64,000 nucleotides of DNA from Macrostomum lignano. Taxonomy: Eukaryota. The translations under genes and the position numbers were made by a program. Below are positions 32,850-46,417 of the stretch, piece by piece; position 1 is the stretch's first letter, and each line of letters starts with the position of its first letter. Location of the stretch: NCBI GenBank assembly GCA_002269645.1, contig NIVC01000525.1, positions 310,001 to 374,000 on the forward strand. The letters are read 5' to 3'. Under the pieces are notes generated by a model. It was not told the origin of the DNA. It searched no databases and saw only the letters and a list, made by a program, of their open reading frames with translations.

Positions 32850-34689
32850 CCTGGCCGGACTCTGGGAACCTGCCAACCGACTCTAGGAAAACCGGCCTTC
32901 CCTCCCGAGTAGAGCGTCTACCTTAAAGCGTCTACTGTCGCGTGGACGCGGAGGGAAGCTGCATGGAACTCGCGGATAGTGATTGGACAAGCAGCGCTGG
33001 CAACCCCCCTTCAAGCCCGTCCCCCCGGTCTCCTCCCTTCCATTCTCTCCAGAACCTTTTTCTCCAACTAGCGGCAGCTTCTCCCCATTGCCAATAAAAT
33101 TCAACACACTGGCTGCATGAGGCCCGATGGTGACAGGGACAGCAGAGGAGAGCGATATTGCCTGAGCAGGGAGGGAGGGGAGGAACGGGCGAGGGGCGCT
33201 CGACTACAGAGAAGAAGCATGAAGGCCTCGGAGACAAGGGTAAAGGCGTTTGGCAGAGGCTAAAAGGGGAAGAAAGGGCCTTTCGGGCTTGCGGCGCCAG
33301 CCCGCGGGGCAAGGGCGCTGGAGATTAAAAAAATGACGGAAAAGGAAAGAAGGGAGCAGAGAGAGCTGGGCGGAGAGATTGGAGATCTGAAAGACGAGTA
33401 TGGGAGGAACCGGCTAGAGGAAGAGAAAGTTCAGCCGATTTCGACCCGATATTTCCCCCTGTCTAATAAAGCTAGGGATGCCCCATCGAATCGCGGGCAA
33501 ATCCCAGTCCGCCTGATCCCGACTCACAGGCTCACTCTGTTTCTGCTCCGCCGATCATCTTGGCTAGAGCCCGCGCCTCTGGGGAGCGCGCTCAACCCCC
33601 TGGCAGGCGATATAGGCTTCATCATCCATCCCGCTGATCAGCCTCCCCCTCCTCTGATCCCTGCCAGTATCTCTTCTACAGGGAGACTTATACTGAGGAG
33701 CTGATCCCATGCGAAGGGGAGAAGACAGGCAGACCGACGGCTAGATGACGAGAACCCCTGCCCCGCGGCCTGAGACAATACACGCACATAGACGGCAAGT
33801 TTACGAATGCGGCTACCATAGGACAGCTTCCAGATCGAATTAAACAAAAGCTCGATAGAGAAAGAGAGAAAGAATGGTTTAATAAAACCATGGGCTGCGT
33901 AGGCGGAGGCAAGGCGAAAGAAGTGTGGGAGTGAGGCATAGGCCAGCTAAAATCGACTGCTGCACGGCAATAACACGAACTATAAGCCCTGGAAACTCAG
34001 AACTTGGAGCAAAGTGGGCAAGCACTCCAAGGACAGGCAGATCTGAGCAGGGGGGGGGGGGGGTTCAGCAGGAAAGAGGCGGAGAAAGAGGAAGTATACT
34101 TGGCAGCAACGTGCAACCTGCATCTGTGTGTTGGGGTTGCTGATCGATGAATAGGCTGCGTTCCCCATTTTTCCTCAAAAAAGGAGGGCCTGAGGGAGAC
34201 ACTGGCTGCTGCTCCCCCAGTTTCCACCCAACCACTCCCCCGCTCCATCCCCTAGGGTTGGGTGGTGTATGATGCGAGAAAGAAAACTGGGGATTTTTCG
34301 CCCCCAATTCCCCTTTCCGATCCTGTTTCGTCAAGCCCAGCTGGCTGCATAGCGAGGCCGAGAATGCAGCGCGTGAGCAATGGGCTTGGCAGCTCAATAG
34401 ACAAAAACATAATCGGGAGAGACAAGTCTATCGTCAGGTGCAGACTCAGAGACAGAGGCAGCTCGCTCTAATGCACTGAAATGTTTGCATATATAACATT
34501 AATAGATGTTTGGATTCTATCGTAGAATCTCAATTCAAATTTCGGCAGGTACATTTTCCCCGGAGTACTGCTCCCAGCTGAAAATAATTCCCGCGCAGGC
34601 GAATCGATATCGCGCGACTAAATTCGCTAATTTCATTTCTTAGAAGTGTGCAGCACCAATTAGATAGCTGCCTATCAGACTGCCTAATC

Positions 34690-35860
34690 TGCCTGTCTCA
34701 GCAGTTGCCCAGACTCTTAATCTCCTACCTGTCTCATTAGTACCCAGTCTCGCTAATCTATCTGCCTCATCAGTGCCCAGTCTCATCGATGTACTTGCCT
34801 CATCAGTGCCCAGTCTCCTCGATGTACCCGCCTCATCAGTGCCCAGTCTCCTCGATGTACTTGCCTCATCAGTAACCAGTCTTGCTAATCTACCTGCCTC
34901 ACCAGTGCCCAGTCTCCTCAATGTACCTGCCTCATCAGTGCCCAGTCTCATCGATGTACTTGCCTCATCAGTGCCCAGTCTCCTCGATGTACTTGCCTCA
35001 TCAGTAACCAGTCTTGCTAATCTACCTGCCTCACCAGTGCCCAGTCTCCTCAATGTACCTGCCTCATCAGTGCCCAGTCTCCTCGATGTACTTGCCTCAT
35101 CAGTACCCAGTCTTGCTAATCTACCTGCCTCACCAGTGCCCAGTCTCCTCAATGTACCTGCCTCATCAGTGCCCAGTCTCCTCAATGTACCTGCCTCACC
35201 AGTGCCCAGTCTCCTCAATGTACCTGCCTCATCAGTGCCCAGTCTCCTCGATGTACTTGCCTCATCAGTAACCAGTCTTGCTAATCTACCTGCCTCACCA
35301 GTGCCCAGTCTCCTCAATGTACCTGCCTCATCAGTGCCCAGTCTCCTCGATGTACTTGCCTCATCAGTACCCAGTCTTGCTAATCTACCTGCCTCACCAG
35401 TGCCCAGTCTCCTCAATGTACCTGCCTCATCAGTGCCCAGTCTCCTCAATGTACCTGCCTCATCAGTGCCCAGTCTCCTCAATGCACCTGCCTCATCAGT
35501 GCCCAGTCTGCTCGATGTACGCGTACTTGCCTCATCAGTGTCCAGTCTCCTCGATGTACCTGCCTCATCAGTGCCCAGTCTCCTCAATGTACCTGCCTCA
35601 TCAGTGCCCAGTCTCCTCAATGCACCTGCCTCATCAGTGCCCAGTCTGCTCGATGTACGCGTACTTGCCTCATCAGTGTCCAGTCTCCTCGATGTACCTG
35701 CCTCATCAGTGCCCAGTCTCCTCAATGTACCTGCCTCATCAGTGCCCAGTCTCCTCAATGTACCTGCCTCATCAGTGCCCAGTCTCCTCGATGTACCTGG
35801 CTCATCAGTGCCCAGTCTCCTCGATGGACTTGCCTCATCAGTGCCCAGTCCCGCTAATCC
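34690..35860. repeat. 33-bp minisatellite (gtacctgcctcatcagtgcccagtctcctcaat)
   Basis: Tandem array with variant units; open reading frames on both strands. Confidence 0.95.
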
Positions 35861-36103
35861 CTCGCAAATCTTTCAGACAAATTTGAATTACACTAGAGTT
35901 ACAAGTCAAAAATGAAGACCTCTCTTGTTAAATTTTGTTTCCACTTCTCAAGCAACAATAAACAAACGATCAGACCAACTCATACAGTTTATTTCAGCTT
36001 CTGTCTCCATCTGATTTAACGCATTACCGAACTCATCCGTACACTCGACTAAACAAAACTGTCAATCAAGCTAACAGACACAACGGCACAGTTAGGCTAG
36101 CTT

Positions 36104-38029
36104 TTAAGCCTCCATCGCGTTGGCATCGGCCTCGGAGTACTTGCCCTTCTCGGCGCCTCGGGCCCTGCCGGCGGCTTTGCGGTCCAACAGGCCGCGCCTG
36201 TCCCGGTCCAGCTTGAGCTTCGTGATCACCACCTGAGGCGGAATTCATAGGTGAGGGTCTTTGAAGTGAAGACTGCGGCTCTTGAAAGTTTGGTTATGGC
36301 GATTCTTAATGGGGCTGGGGGCGATTCCTAATGGGGTCGGGGCGATTCTTAATGGGGTTGGGGCGATTCTTAATGGGGTTGGGGCGATTCCTAATGGGGT
36401 TGGGGCGATTCTTAATGGGGTTGGGGCGATTCCTAATGGGGTTGGGGCAATTCCTAATGGGGTTGAGGGCGATTATTAATGGGGTTGGGGGCGATTCCTA
36501 ATGGGGTTGAGGGCGACTCATAATGGGGTTGGGGGCGATTCCTAATGGGGCTGGGCGATTCCTAATGAGGGTTTGGGGGCGATTTTTAATAGGTATTTTG
36601 CAATGGGGTTCTTAAAATGTTTTTGAGCAGCATGTAAAAGTCAAAAATTGAAAGTCAATAGTTCAAGTCTATTAGTGGGAGAGAAAAACCAGCAGTCGAG
36701 TCGAGAACACGCTAACCATACTAAATAGCAGGAAGCTTAGTCTGCCTGATGAGTAAAATAGTACTCAAATGTCTGGCCTTACAAATTATCAAAAGACTGG
36801 TTTCCAATCATTTTTGCTTCGCATGAGAGCAAGAGACGAAAAAAAGTTGCTTTTATATTAAAGAATTTCAGACGATGCAGTCAGGACAGGTGCATGCGTG
36901 TGTAGAAGCTAATATGGCAAAGGTGTGCGTTTCTAGATCCGAAAACAGCGTCATTGGAGGGGTGTTCTTCAAGCCGAAGGGAGCCGAGCCTAAGATGGGT
37001 GTCTGTGGAGCCTAAGATGGGTGTCTGTGGAGCCTAATATGGGTGTCTGTGGAGCCTAAGATGGGTGTCTGTGGAGCCTAAGATGGGTGTCTGTGGAGCC
37101 TAAGATGGGTGTCTGTGGAGCCTAAGATGGGTGTCTGTGGAGCCTAAGATGGGTGTCTGTGGAACCTAAGATGGGTGTCTGTGGAGCCTAAGATGGGTAT
37201 CTGTGGAGCCTAAGATGGGTGTCTGTGGAGCCTAAGATGGGTGTCTGTGGAGCCTAAGATGGGTGTCTGTGGAGCCTAAGATGGGTGTCTGTGGAGCCTA
37301 AGATGGGTATCTGTGGAGCCTTAGATGGGTGTCTGTGGAGCCTAAGATGGGTGTCTGTGGAGCCTAAGATGGGTGTCTGTGGAGCCTAAGATGGGTGTCT
37401 GTGGAGCCTAAGATGGGTGTCCGGGAAGCCTAAGATGGGTGTTTGTGAAGGCTAAGTTGGGTGTCTGTAAAGGCTAAGATGGGTGTTTGTGGAGCCTAAG
37501 ATGGGTGTCTGTGGAGCCTAAGATAGGTGTCCGGGAAGCCTAAGATGTGTTAGTGGAGCCTAAGATGGGTGTCCAGGCTAAGATGGTTGTCTGTAAAGGC
37601 TAAGATGGGTGTCCGGGAAGCCTAAATGCCTTACATCTTTTTTCGGTGAACTTGAAGCGAAATGGTGAACAGTAATAGAGGGGTCACGTCTAAAAAAGCA
37701 GAACTTCCGTCCATTATTACCTTGCTAGGATGCAGGTTAACATAGACGGTAGCACCGTTAGCCTTCTCCCTTTGAATCCGTTCCACGTGGATGACATACT
37801 TGGAACGATAGACTGCCACCACTTTGCCAGTCTGGGTGCCCTTGTGGTGACCCCGGACAAGTTGCACCTCGTCGTCTTTGCGGATGGGCATAGAGCGGAC
37901 ATTGTACTTGGTGCGCAGCTCCTTGGACAGCGGAGCCGACATCAGCTTGCGTCGAATGTGCGACGGCGCATTGAAATAGCGCTGGCGATTCTTCCGCTTG
38001 GAGCTGGTGACGCTCTTGTTGAACTTCAT
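36104..38029 (-). CDS. RPL26: 60S ribosomal protein L26 (uL24), 145 aa, 2 coding exons
   Basis: Exons 38029-37721 ([39 protein letters not shown]...HPSK) and 36232-36104 ([13 protein letters not shown]...MEA*), joined in phase 0. Confidence 0.98.
36295..36590. repeat. 21-bp intronic minisatellite (gggcgattcctaatggggttg)
   Basis: In the RPL26 intron. Confidence 0.93.
36988..37625. repeat. 22-bp intronic minisatellite (cctaagatgggtgtctgtggag)
   Basis: In the RPL26 intron. Confidence 0.96.
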
Positions 38030-38389
38030 CTCTGCTGCTGCAATAGTTAACAATTGCGATTTGATTATTGTTGAATCCGTTAACTCACATCAGTTCGCGA
38101 TCTCCACGCAGCAGACAATACAACGATTTTCCCCCTCAAACTCAAAAGTGAATCAGTTCCCACTGTTAATAATTACGCAACTGATACTGCCATTTGACTG
38201 CCGGGTAGTGTTGTTTGGTGGTATAAGGAATATGATTTCATCCTTTGACTTTGGACCTGTGATTCTAAAATATAATCGAGGTTTTTGTATACTACAAGTA
38301 CATACTTTACGAGTATAAAAGATGCATAGCCATGAATTTTTATTAGGGATGGGGGCGTCATGGGGTAGGGGTGCCACCTCGGAGGCGTC

Positions 38390-38880
38390 AAGTTAGGGAC
38401 GCTATCGTGGGGGCGCCATTTCGAGTACACAATCGTTAGGGACGCTATCGTGGGGGCGCCATTTCGAGTACACAATCGTTAGGGACGCTATCGTGGGGGC
38501 GCCATTTCGAGTACACAATCGTTAGGGACGCTATCGTGGGGGCGCCATTTTAAGTACACAATCGTTAGGGACGCTATCATGGGGGCGCCATTTTAAGTAC
38601 ACAATCGTTAGGGACGCTAACGTGGGGGCGCCATTTTAAGTACACAATCGTTAGGGACGCTATCGTGGGGCGCCATTTTAAGTACACAATCGTTAGGGAC
38701 GCTATCATGGGGGCGCCATCTTGAGTACACAATCGTTAGGGACGCTATCATGGGGGCGCCATCTTGAGTACACAATCGTTAGGGACGCTATCATGGGGGC
38801 GCCATCTTGAGTACACAATCGTTAGAGACGCTATCATGGGGGCGCCATCTTGAGTACACAATCGTTAGGGACGCTATTGT
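38390..38880. repeat. About 43-bp minisatellite (gttagggacgctatcgtgggggcgccatttcgagtacacaatc)
   Basis: Tandem array upstream of RPL26. Confidence 0.95.
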
Positions 38881-41308
38881 GGTGGTGCAATATGCTCATT
38901 CGAATCCTCAGCTACCAAGCCCCTACAAGTAATATCTCGCTATCGACACATCCCTAATAACAGATTTCTGATGATGTGAAGCGATGAAAGCTGTGTAAAA
39001 ATAAGTAAAAACCGCGGTCCGCTGGATCACGCAGAAATTAGTCTCTGAACACAATGGCGATGTGAAAGAGCCTTAAGCCGTTAAAGTAATTGATTGAGGC
39101 GGCAAATGCCGAAATCTATTTTAAAAAGTTCTACTTTTAGCTGCTTTTTGAACTTTTCAGAAGTTCAGCACGCGGGAAAAAATTCTCGAAATTAATTGAA
39201 TTAATTAACAACTCGCGGAATTTTCACATTTTTCACATTTTACTTCAACTTCAATCGCATATAATACAACTTTCTTGCCCGCAATTTTACAGATTTAAGT
39301 CTTCGAAAATAGCAGAAAATTTGTGAAAATTTAAATCAAATTCAAATAATTATCTAAAAGATAATTCAAATATATAAAAGAAACAAGTCAAAATTGATAT
39401 GCAGACTATTTTCTTCGCGAATTCACTGTACTTAGTGCTGAATAGGATATAAAAGTTGCAATACATCCTACTCGCTTCTGTTTATACCGTCTAGTCTCTA
39501 AATAAGGAGGCTTCATTATCAGCCAGAGCTTTATTCCCCAATGCAATCAAAAAGGACGAATCAAAAACCGAGAACAGAGCATCAAGTACTGATTGATTTT
39601 CTGACTTAAGAAGTTTGTTATAGATTAGATTAACAAACAACTATAATTCAGCACTATAAGCCAGAGCACGCCCCTTTTAACATAGTTACTCAAGCACCGA
39701 TGCTTATAACTAATTAAATTTGCCGGCGGTTTATAAACTAACCGGCATAGCTAGAGCCAAGTCTACTTGATAGCTACTAGGCCTTAAAACCTTGATGTCA
39801 AGATTTCATCACCGCAGGCGATATATTTTAGGGTACATGACAGCCCATTTTCACTAGGAAGAGGGAGCAGCTAACGAGGGGAGGCATCTTGGCATCGCGG
39901 ATATAAAAAACGCAGGTAAATAATGCAAAAATTTAATTTTCCCAGAATCAGACGCAAAGCAGGGCCTAAGAAGCTTTTGCGGTGGAAAATTGGCAAACAG
40001 GTCTCCCAGGGGGAAGGGAAGCTACCAACCGAATTGGTTATTAAGCTACCAACTAGCAAGAGCAGCCACTCAGGCCCCCGCTTTTTGAGCAATAAATCCC
40101 AAAGCTATATGGGAATATGGGAGCAGTCGGAGCAATCGGCCGGGATACAGGACCAACTGCGCAAAAATAGGGGAAGCCAAGAGCGGCAAATCGGGCATGG
40201 AGTTTGGGATTGGCAGAGGGGAGGGGGAAATTAGAGCGAGGCCAAACCTTCTTGACTTACGCCCGCCAGATTATCAATAGGAGGAAAAATGAAGCTCGGG
40301 AGAGATGAAATTTGGCGTCGGACGGTTGCCAAGTTGAAATATAAGGATAGATTGGGCAAGTACGAATAATAAATTGGCAATGAACTGAGCATGTCTGCCC
40401 CGGCGAGTGTGGGGAAACTTGATTTGCATAGAAGTACAGAAAGCGGGGAAGGGAGACAGGGGAGGACGCGGCCAAGCAGAATTGGGGTGGGATGGGAGGC
40501 AAGTTTTAAGAAGACCGAGACAGACAAGTCACGGATGGTGGAGTCCAATTTCGAGGCGCAGGAGGCAACCGCTGCACTGCGGACAGGGCTGCGCTGTACT
40601 TTCTGTTCAGTGAAAATGAGAACGGTGTGAAAGTACCCTTGTACTATGCTCATCTGAATTGTTAACGCAGAACAATCTAGTGAACAAAGAATCCTAGTTT
40701 TATTTATCTCTTCTAAATTGGCGGTTTTATTGGTGACTAAAAATTAGAGAAATTGCCTCAAACTGCTTTTAATTGGATAGCCATCGTTTAGAGGTAAACT
40801 CTTGATAAAAATTATCACCAAGGAAGCTGATGGCCAAGCCTGCATCTGCTTTTGTACTGATTTTGGAATTTGAATCCTTATAAAAAACACGGCTAAGTGA
40901 GTTCAAACTTTGAGCTGTGCAGCGAAGGCAAAGTTAAAATCGAATCGATGGCCTTTATAAACATTGGCATGGTTAATCAATCGCTAGTTATAATTTGAGC
41001 AAACAGAGGTCGCCAATCAGAAAAAAATCAATTCGCCGAGGAACATGAAAAGCGGGACAAACTAATTCAAAGGACGGCAGGCAGGCGATTGTTGCCCCTT
41101 GCACCAAGTAGCAGAAGTTCAATAAGCATTTGAGCACGAAGGAAAATAGGGAAAAATGAACGATGACCACCCACCCTGACCCCGACTGGCTAAAGAGCAC
41201 GCACGTAGCTTGATCATGGTCGCAGGCCCGAAAACTTATATTTGTCATAAAGTCTCAAATTAAAATTCATATCGAAGGTTTTGAAGGTCTATAATTCTAA
41301 CGGTGAAC

Positions 41309-41756
41309 CACAGATACTAGAATAACTAGATGGGCCACTCAGCACATCTGCGTGTAAGCTACTTTCAGTTCAGTAGTATAGGTTAAACAAAAGCATTTTA
41401 ATGTATTTTAATTTAAAGCGAAGGCTCATTGACTTTTACCCACCAGCCTCAGCCCTGCAACCGCGCCTTTCCACACAACCCCCCGCCCCGTCCCAATTTT
41501 TATTGCCTTTCTCGGAACCCCAGCCTAAAGCTGCCATGTACATTTCAGTAGACTGGCTAATGTACATTATCGCTAAACCAATTAGCAAGTTGTTTACGCC
41601 TTAAAGCTTGGGCTTCTAAACTTATCAGTCATTTCAGCTGCCTTACTTTCTTTAAAATAGCTTATGTATTCTTCTTTGCTACTGAACTGAAAGTAGAAAG
41701 CTGTTTTACTACGCATATATGCCTGAGTGGCCCATCTAGTTATTTTAGTATCTGTG
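41309..41756. mobile_element. MITE with long TIRs, copy 2 (inverted relative to 14657-15092)
   Basis: Same TIRs and interior; flanks cggtgaac / cggtgaaa. Confidence 0.85.
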
Positions 41757-41954
41757 CGGTGAAAAAGAAGCTCATCCAAGTCGCTCAAAAGCTCAACTCA
41801 AAGAAATTAAAAGTTTTGTCAGTGCTTTACGAAAAAAAGCAGATCTTAACTAAGGAATTAGCTAATCAAGTTGGACAGTGGAAAGTCGACAAGAAACAAG
41901 CGAATGCCATTTTAGCTACCTCTGAGTATGAGCACACATGGTCAAGGACAAGTT

Positions 41955-42160
41955 TACAGTGGCCCTGACTGACTTGTGCATCGTCAGGCATAAAGCCCGA
42001 TACCTTACCAAGGTTGGCCTACCGGCACGCGAGTTGTACGACACGGTCTCTAGATTTAGTTCCGTGCACGAAGTCTTAACACCAAATTAATGCAGTCACG
42101 CCAGGGATCGAACTCAGGTACGTTATTGCGACAGTCCAACGCGTTACCACTCATCGCCTA
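41955..42160 (-). mobile_element. tRNA-derived SINE-like element (third family)
   Basis: The reverse-complement head taggcgatgagtggtaacgcg...gagttcgatccc has A/B-box-like motifs. Confidence 0.5.
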
Positions 42161-45100
42161 CCCTTACCGAACGTGTAAAATTAAGTTCAAGAAAACTGAA
42201 AAACCCTAATTTTAAATGCTCAAGACGGATACACAGGGGCCAGTTGAGGTTAACACATCGTTAGCTTTGCACATAAATCAGAGATCTACCCTGCCTTATA
42301 TTGCTCAGGGAGCAGGCAGTCGGCCACCCACACAAGCACATTTTGCTGCTGCTCTAATAAATTATTAACAACTGCCTGTTCCCAAGAGAAAGTAAAAAAA
42401 CGGAAGTAGAGCAGATGGAAGAATGCGCGTGAAACCGGGACTAAGATAGGCTAAGATTGATTGAGATTTGGTTGAGGAAGCTTTGCACCTCTGGCGAACG
42501 GTAGGGAGCCAACCCCAAGCTGCCAATTAGTAACTAAGCTATAAACCGCGGCAAGCTCGCACATTAAACTCAATATACTGTAAACTAAAACTTCCCTTAT
42601 AAATGAGGGGAAGGCATCAATCAACTCTGCAGAGCTCACAGACTTGATTGATTTTAAATCAAACTTTTAATCAGTCAACTTCCAATTCATGTTTCTTTTA
42701 TTTAAGGTCCTTTTCTAATACCCAAGTAACTGTGAAGCGTTAATATTAGAAATACGTAATAACATTGGAAAAACAGTTCCTATAAGCAAAAGGGCCACTT
42801 CAAAGAATATTTCTATAGGTGGCTGCTAAATTCCTAAGTACACCCTTTGAAGTTGAATTATTCGAATAGTTGACTGTCCCAAGTATTTAAAATTAACACA
42901 ATTATTGCTACTTTCAGTAGTAAGTAAGACAAATAAAAGAGAATATAATCTGCAAATCTTCAATATATAGACCTAATATTTTTTTCTTGAATTAAGAAAT
43001 GCATTAAAGGAAAAAACCTTTGCATGCCTAGAGGCAAAAGACAGCCCAATTTAATACGCTAAGAATACATGGCTTGTTGATAATACTCTGTGTGGGAAAG
43101 GGATGCAGGTCCAATGTTGATAGTGATAGATAACAACAAAAATTATAGTGAAAAGGAGCTGATGGACGAAGTTGAAAAGTTTCTAAAGATGGTAGTTGAA
43201 AGAATCATTGGCCCTGTTTAGAGCTAGAGAGGCTATTGCAAGAAGAAGACTGATGAATAGTTCATAAGTGTTCTGCTATAGCCATAGATCCTACAGCAAA
43301 TATGGTAAAATAGGTGCCTACAGTAGCTATGGATATGCCTACGGTAGCTAGCTGCTCTTATGGCTAAAACTATGGAAATATAGTAGTTGCTGTCATATTC
43401 TGTAGATTCCCGTAGCCATAGTTATTAATTTAAAAAATTGAAAAAATATTAGAAACAGGTAGAATAAAACAAAGATACTTTAGTAAATTGTATTATCAAC
43501 TTAAAAACTTATTAAATATACACAATAAATTACAATAAAACACTAGCAAACTCTAATTTTTATTATTATGAAAAAGTTCAGCATAAGTACAGTAATTATT
43601 ACGTATTATTGCTCTGTAAAAAGACAAAATATAATCTTACAAAGGCAATTGAGTGTTTCTTTTATTTTCTAGCTTAATTTGCAATTGTTTAAGCACCAAG
43701 TTATCTTCTTGTTTCAAAATATTTTGTTTTCTAGACTTTTTGTTAAAACTACAGCTACAGCTATAGGAACTATGGGAATATGATAACATTGGGGTCCCTA
43801 TGGCTATGGAATATGGATAATTAGAATATGCCATAGTTTTACTTACAGCTATGGCTACAGTACATAGACCCTCATTACAGCAGAACACTAGTTAATAAGT
43901 CAGGAAGCTGGCCTTGGTCAGGCTATTAGAGAAGGCCTAGGCATTAGTCCAATGTCTTTCAAAAGGGCTTTAGGATAGGGCTTACCTAATTTGTACCTAC
44001 TTTGTTATCTAATTAGTGTAATAGGAGTAAGGATTAAATTAAAAGCAAATATTAACTGCTTTAAATATAGCCTAACAAAGTAGCTTTGGTCAAAATAATG
44101 TTTTACCTAAATTTTCTAGCAGTTCAATGTTCTAATTTGGTACAAAATTTATGCCATTATGCTTTGGGTTAAAATGCCTTAAATAATGACAATCAAACAG
44201 TATTAATAAACATTAAACACACTTTTAATTTTTGCTATATATATTTGAAAATATTTTGTACAACAGATAATTTGAAATCCAAAGTGTATTCTTTTAAAAC
44301 CTAATCATGTACCTTTAACAATTCTTAAATTCTGTCTTAATCTTAACACTGTGTTCCTACTTTTGCTTAGGAGTTTAATCTTTTAATAGCTATTCAAGGG
44401 CATAGCTACCATGTTTATATAGTGGTCTAAAATACTAGGGACATGGTAGCTATACATACAAACCTACTATAAATAAGGACAAGAAACTAAATTTCTTGAA
44501 AATTTTAGGCAGGTTTTTTTATCAAAAAATACACTATGAAGATAGTAGTTTTCATTTTTTTAGCAAAAAATGGTATTGCTTTTGCTTCTGATAGGCAGTG
44601 CTATGATTAGCAAAGGGCCATTTTTTTCATGCCTCAAAAAATTTTCATTAATATTTACTAGTTTAAATAACATGCTAACTACATATATATACATGTAGAA
44701 AACCTATATTTTTATGTTTTTTTGATACTTTTTCTAGCTCTAAGGTTCAATCCATGCTATAGCAATACTCTACTACTCATAAAAGTTTGGCTTGCACAAC
44801 TAAAAAAACTGAAAAGAAAGAAAAAAACCATCAACCATCAAGATTTTTTATCTAGAAGAGAACTATCAATCAATTAAGCTTGCAAAATAATCAATTGCAA
44901 CCTTGTAAATACTTTTAGTCAGATTGATATATTTAGCTACTTGAAAAATATTGGGCTCATAACTACTACCCTAGACAATGCCAAAAAGCAGCTAAGGTAT
45001 TGGTACATAAGTTTTTCAACCTCAGTGTGACTGGCAGAGTTGAAGCAGTCCAATTTTTGGCTTGTAGGCAAGATTGTGTCACAAAAAGTGCTTTGACAAT

Positions 45101-45734
45101 GTGCAAAGCAAGGTTAGTATGCTTTTTTATCTATATAATCTATGTAAAATATAATCTATAGAAAATACTACATTGATGTATATAAGTCCCACATTTGAGT
45201 TGGTAGCCATCTAGGAGAAAAGTTAGATAGGCCCTATCAATGGTGTAGCCAAGAATTTCAATTGGGAGGGGGGCCAGGTTGGCCTGGCTAGTCATGCCTT
45301 TTGCCATTAAATGCCATTGCCACTTTTGGTGCCACAAGTGCTCATTTTAATGCCACAGGCATTCATTTTGATGCCGCAAGCATTCATTTTGGTGTCACAG
45401 GCACTCAATTGCCTCCTGGTTTTGGTATCCACCATGCCCAACCCTACCCTCTAGGCGATTAGGGGGAGAAGGAAAGGGGTAGCCCCCTTGGTTATGCCAC
45501 TAGGCCCTATATAAATTATACCAACATTTGCCTAGCTGGCTTGCTTAGCTTACTATTAATACCTATAAAAAGGCACTTGCCACTTGAAACTTTCTATTGA
45601 CCATTGATAGATAATTTGATTTTTACTAGCAAAAAAATTGCACTAGGCCTAGCCTAGTTGGCCATTGGCCCTAATAAGGGCTTAGTATTAGTACTAGCAC
45701 TCATTATTTATATGGTACCATGTAAATAATACTG

Positions 45735-46417
45735 TTTTTATTCATTTGTAGATATAGAAAATTTTGAATGGGAGAGGCACAAACTACTAAGGTACATATT
45801 AGTGATGGATTTGACAGTGGCAGCACAGGGGGGCAAGGGAGGCAGCTGCCCCTGGGTGACCACCTTACTATCCCCACAGCCTTGAAAAAGACCCTAGGAA
45901 AGGAGGGCAAATGGTCACCCCTGCCTTGCAACTTGTATCAATGATTAATAATACATTTTTATAAGAATTTTTAAGTTGTGCATTTGTTTTATAAGAAGTA
46001 TAACATAAATTGTTTATAATTTTTTATTTTCTTAGAAAATAATCTGGTTTGTTCGAATTCAAATGTTTTTTTTGTTTAATTACAATTGGTAGGGGAAAGG
46101 GGATGACCACCTAATTACTGCACCCCCATCCTAACCAAAGATACTGCGCCGCCATTGGGATTCAAATATTTAGATTTGGAATCTAAATCCAAAAAATGTC
46201 TTACTTTTTTTAGAAATATGAAGGTTTTTGATTTGGATTTTTTGTACATTTAAATTCTGTTTTAAAAACTTGCAAAAATTCACATTCAGTCTATATCATG
46301 TATCATATAATGTACAAATATTATATAGGCCTAATGATATATTTTTGTCTACATAAAAATTATAAATCTAATTTCATAGGGCCTGCGCCCTATGTGCCCT
46401 CTCTAAATCTACCACTA
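45735..46417. mobile_element. Decayed hAT-like MITE (same family as 59179-59891) with a nested MITE at 45815-46157
   Basis: gaaaattttgaatgggagaggcacaaactactaaggtacat and ctctaaatctaccact match the ends of the 59-kb element. The nested cagtggc...gccattg is flanked by ggatttga / ggattcaa. Confidence 0.6.

Noticed and set aside
31251-32912. Long antisense ORFs over P2X (and over the ebony-like exons)
   Set aside because: Expected shadow ORFs of very GC-rich coding sequence; no recognisable domains.
36233-37720. snoRNA in the RPL26 intron
   Set aside because: No convincing C/D or H/ACA box pair with a terminal stem on the sense strand.
36745-38995. Hammerhead ribozyme cores at ctgatga motifs (about 36747 and 38970)
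   Set aside because: No properly paired stem II followed by GAAA.
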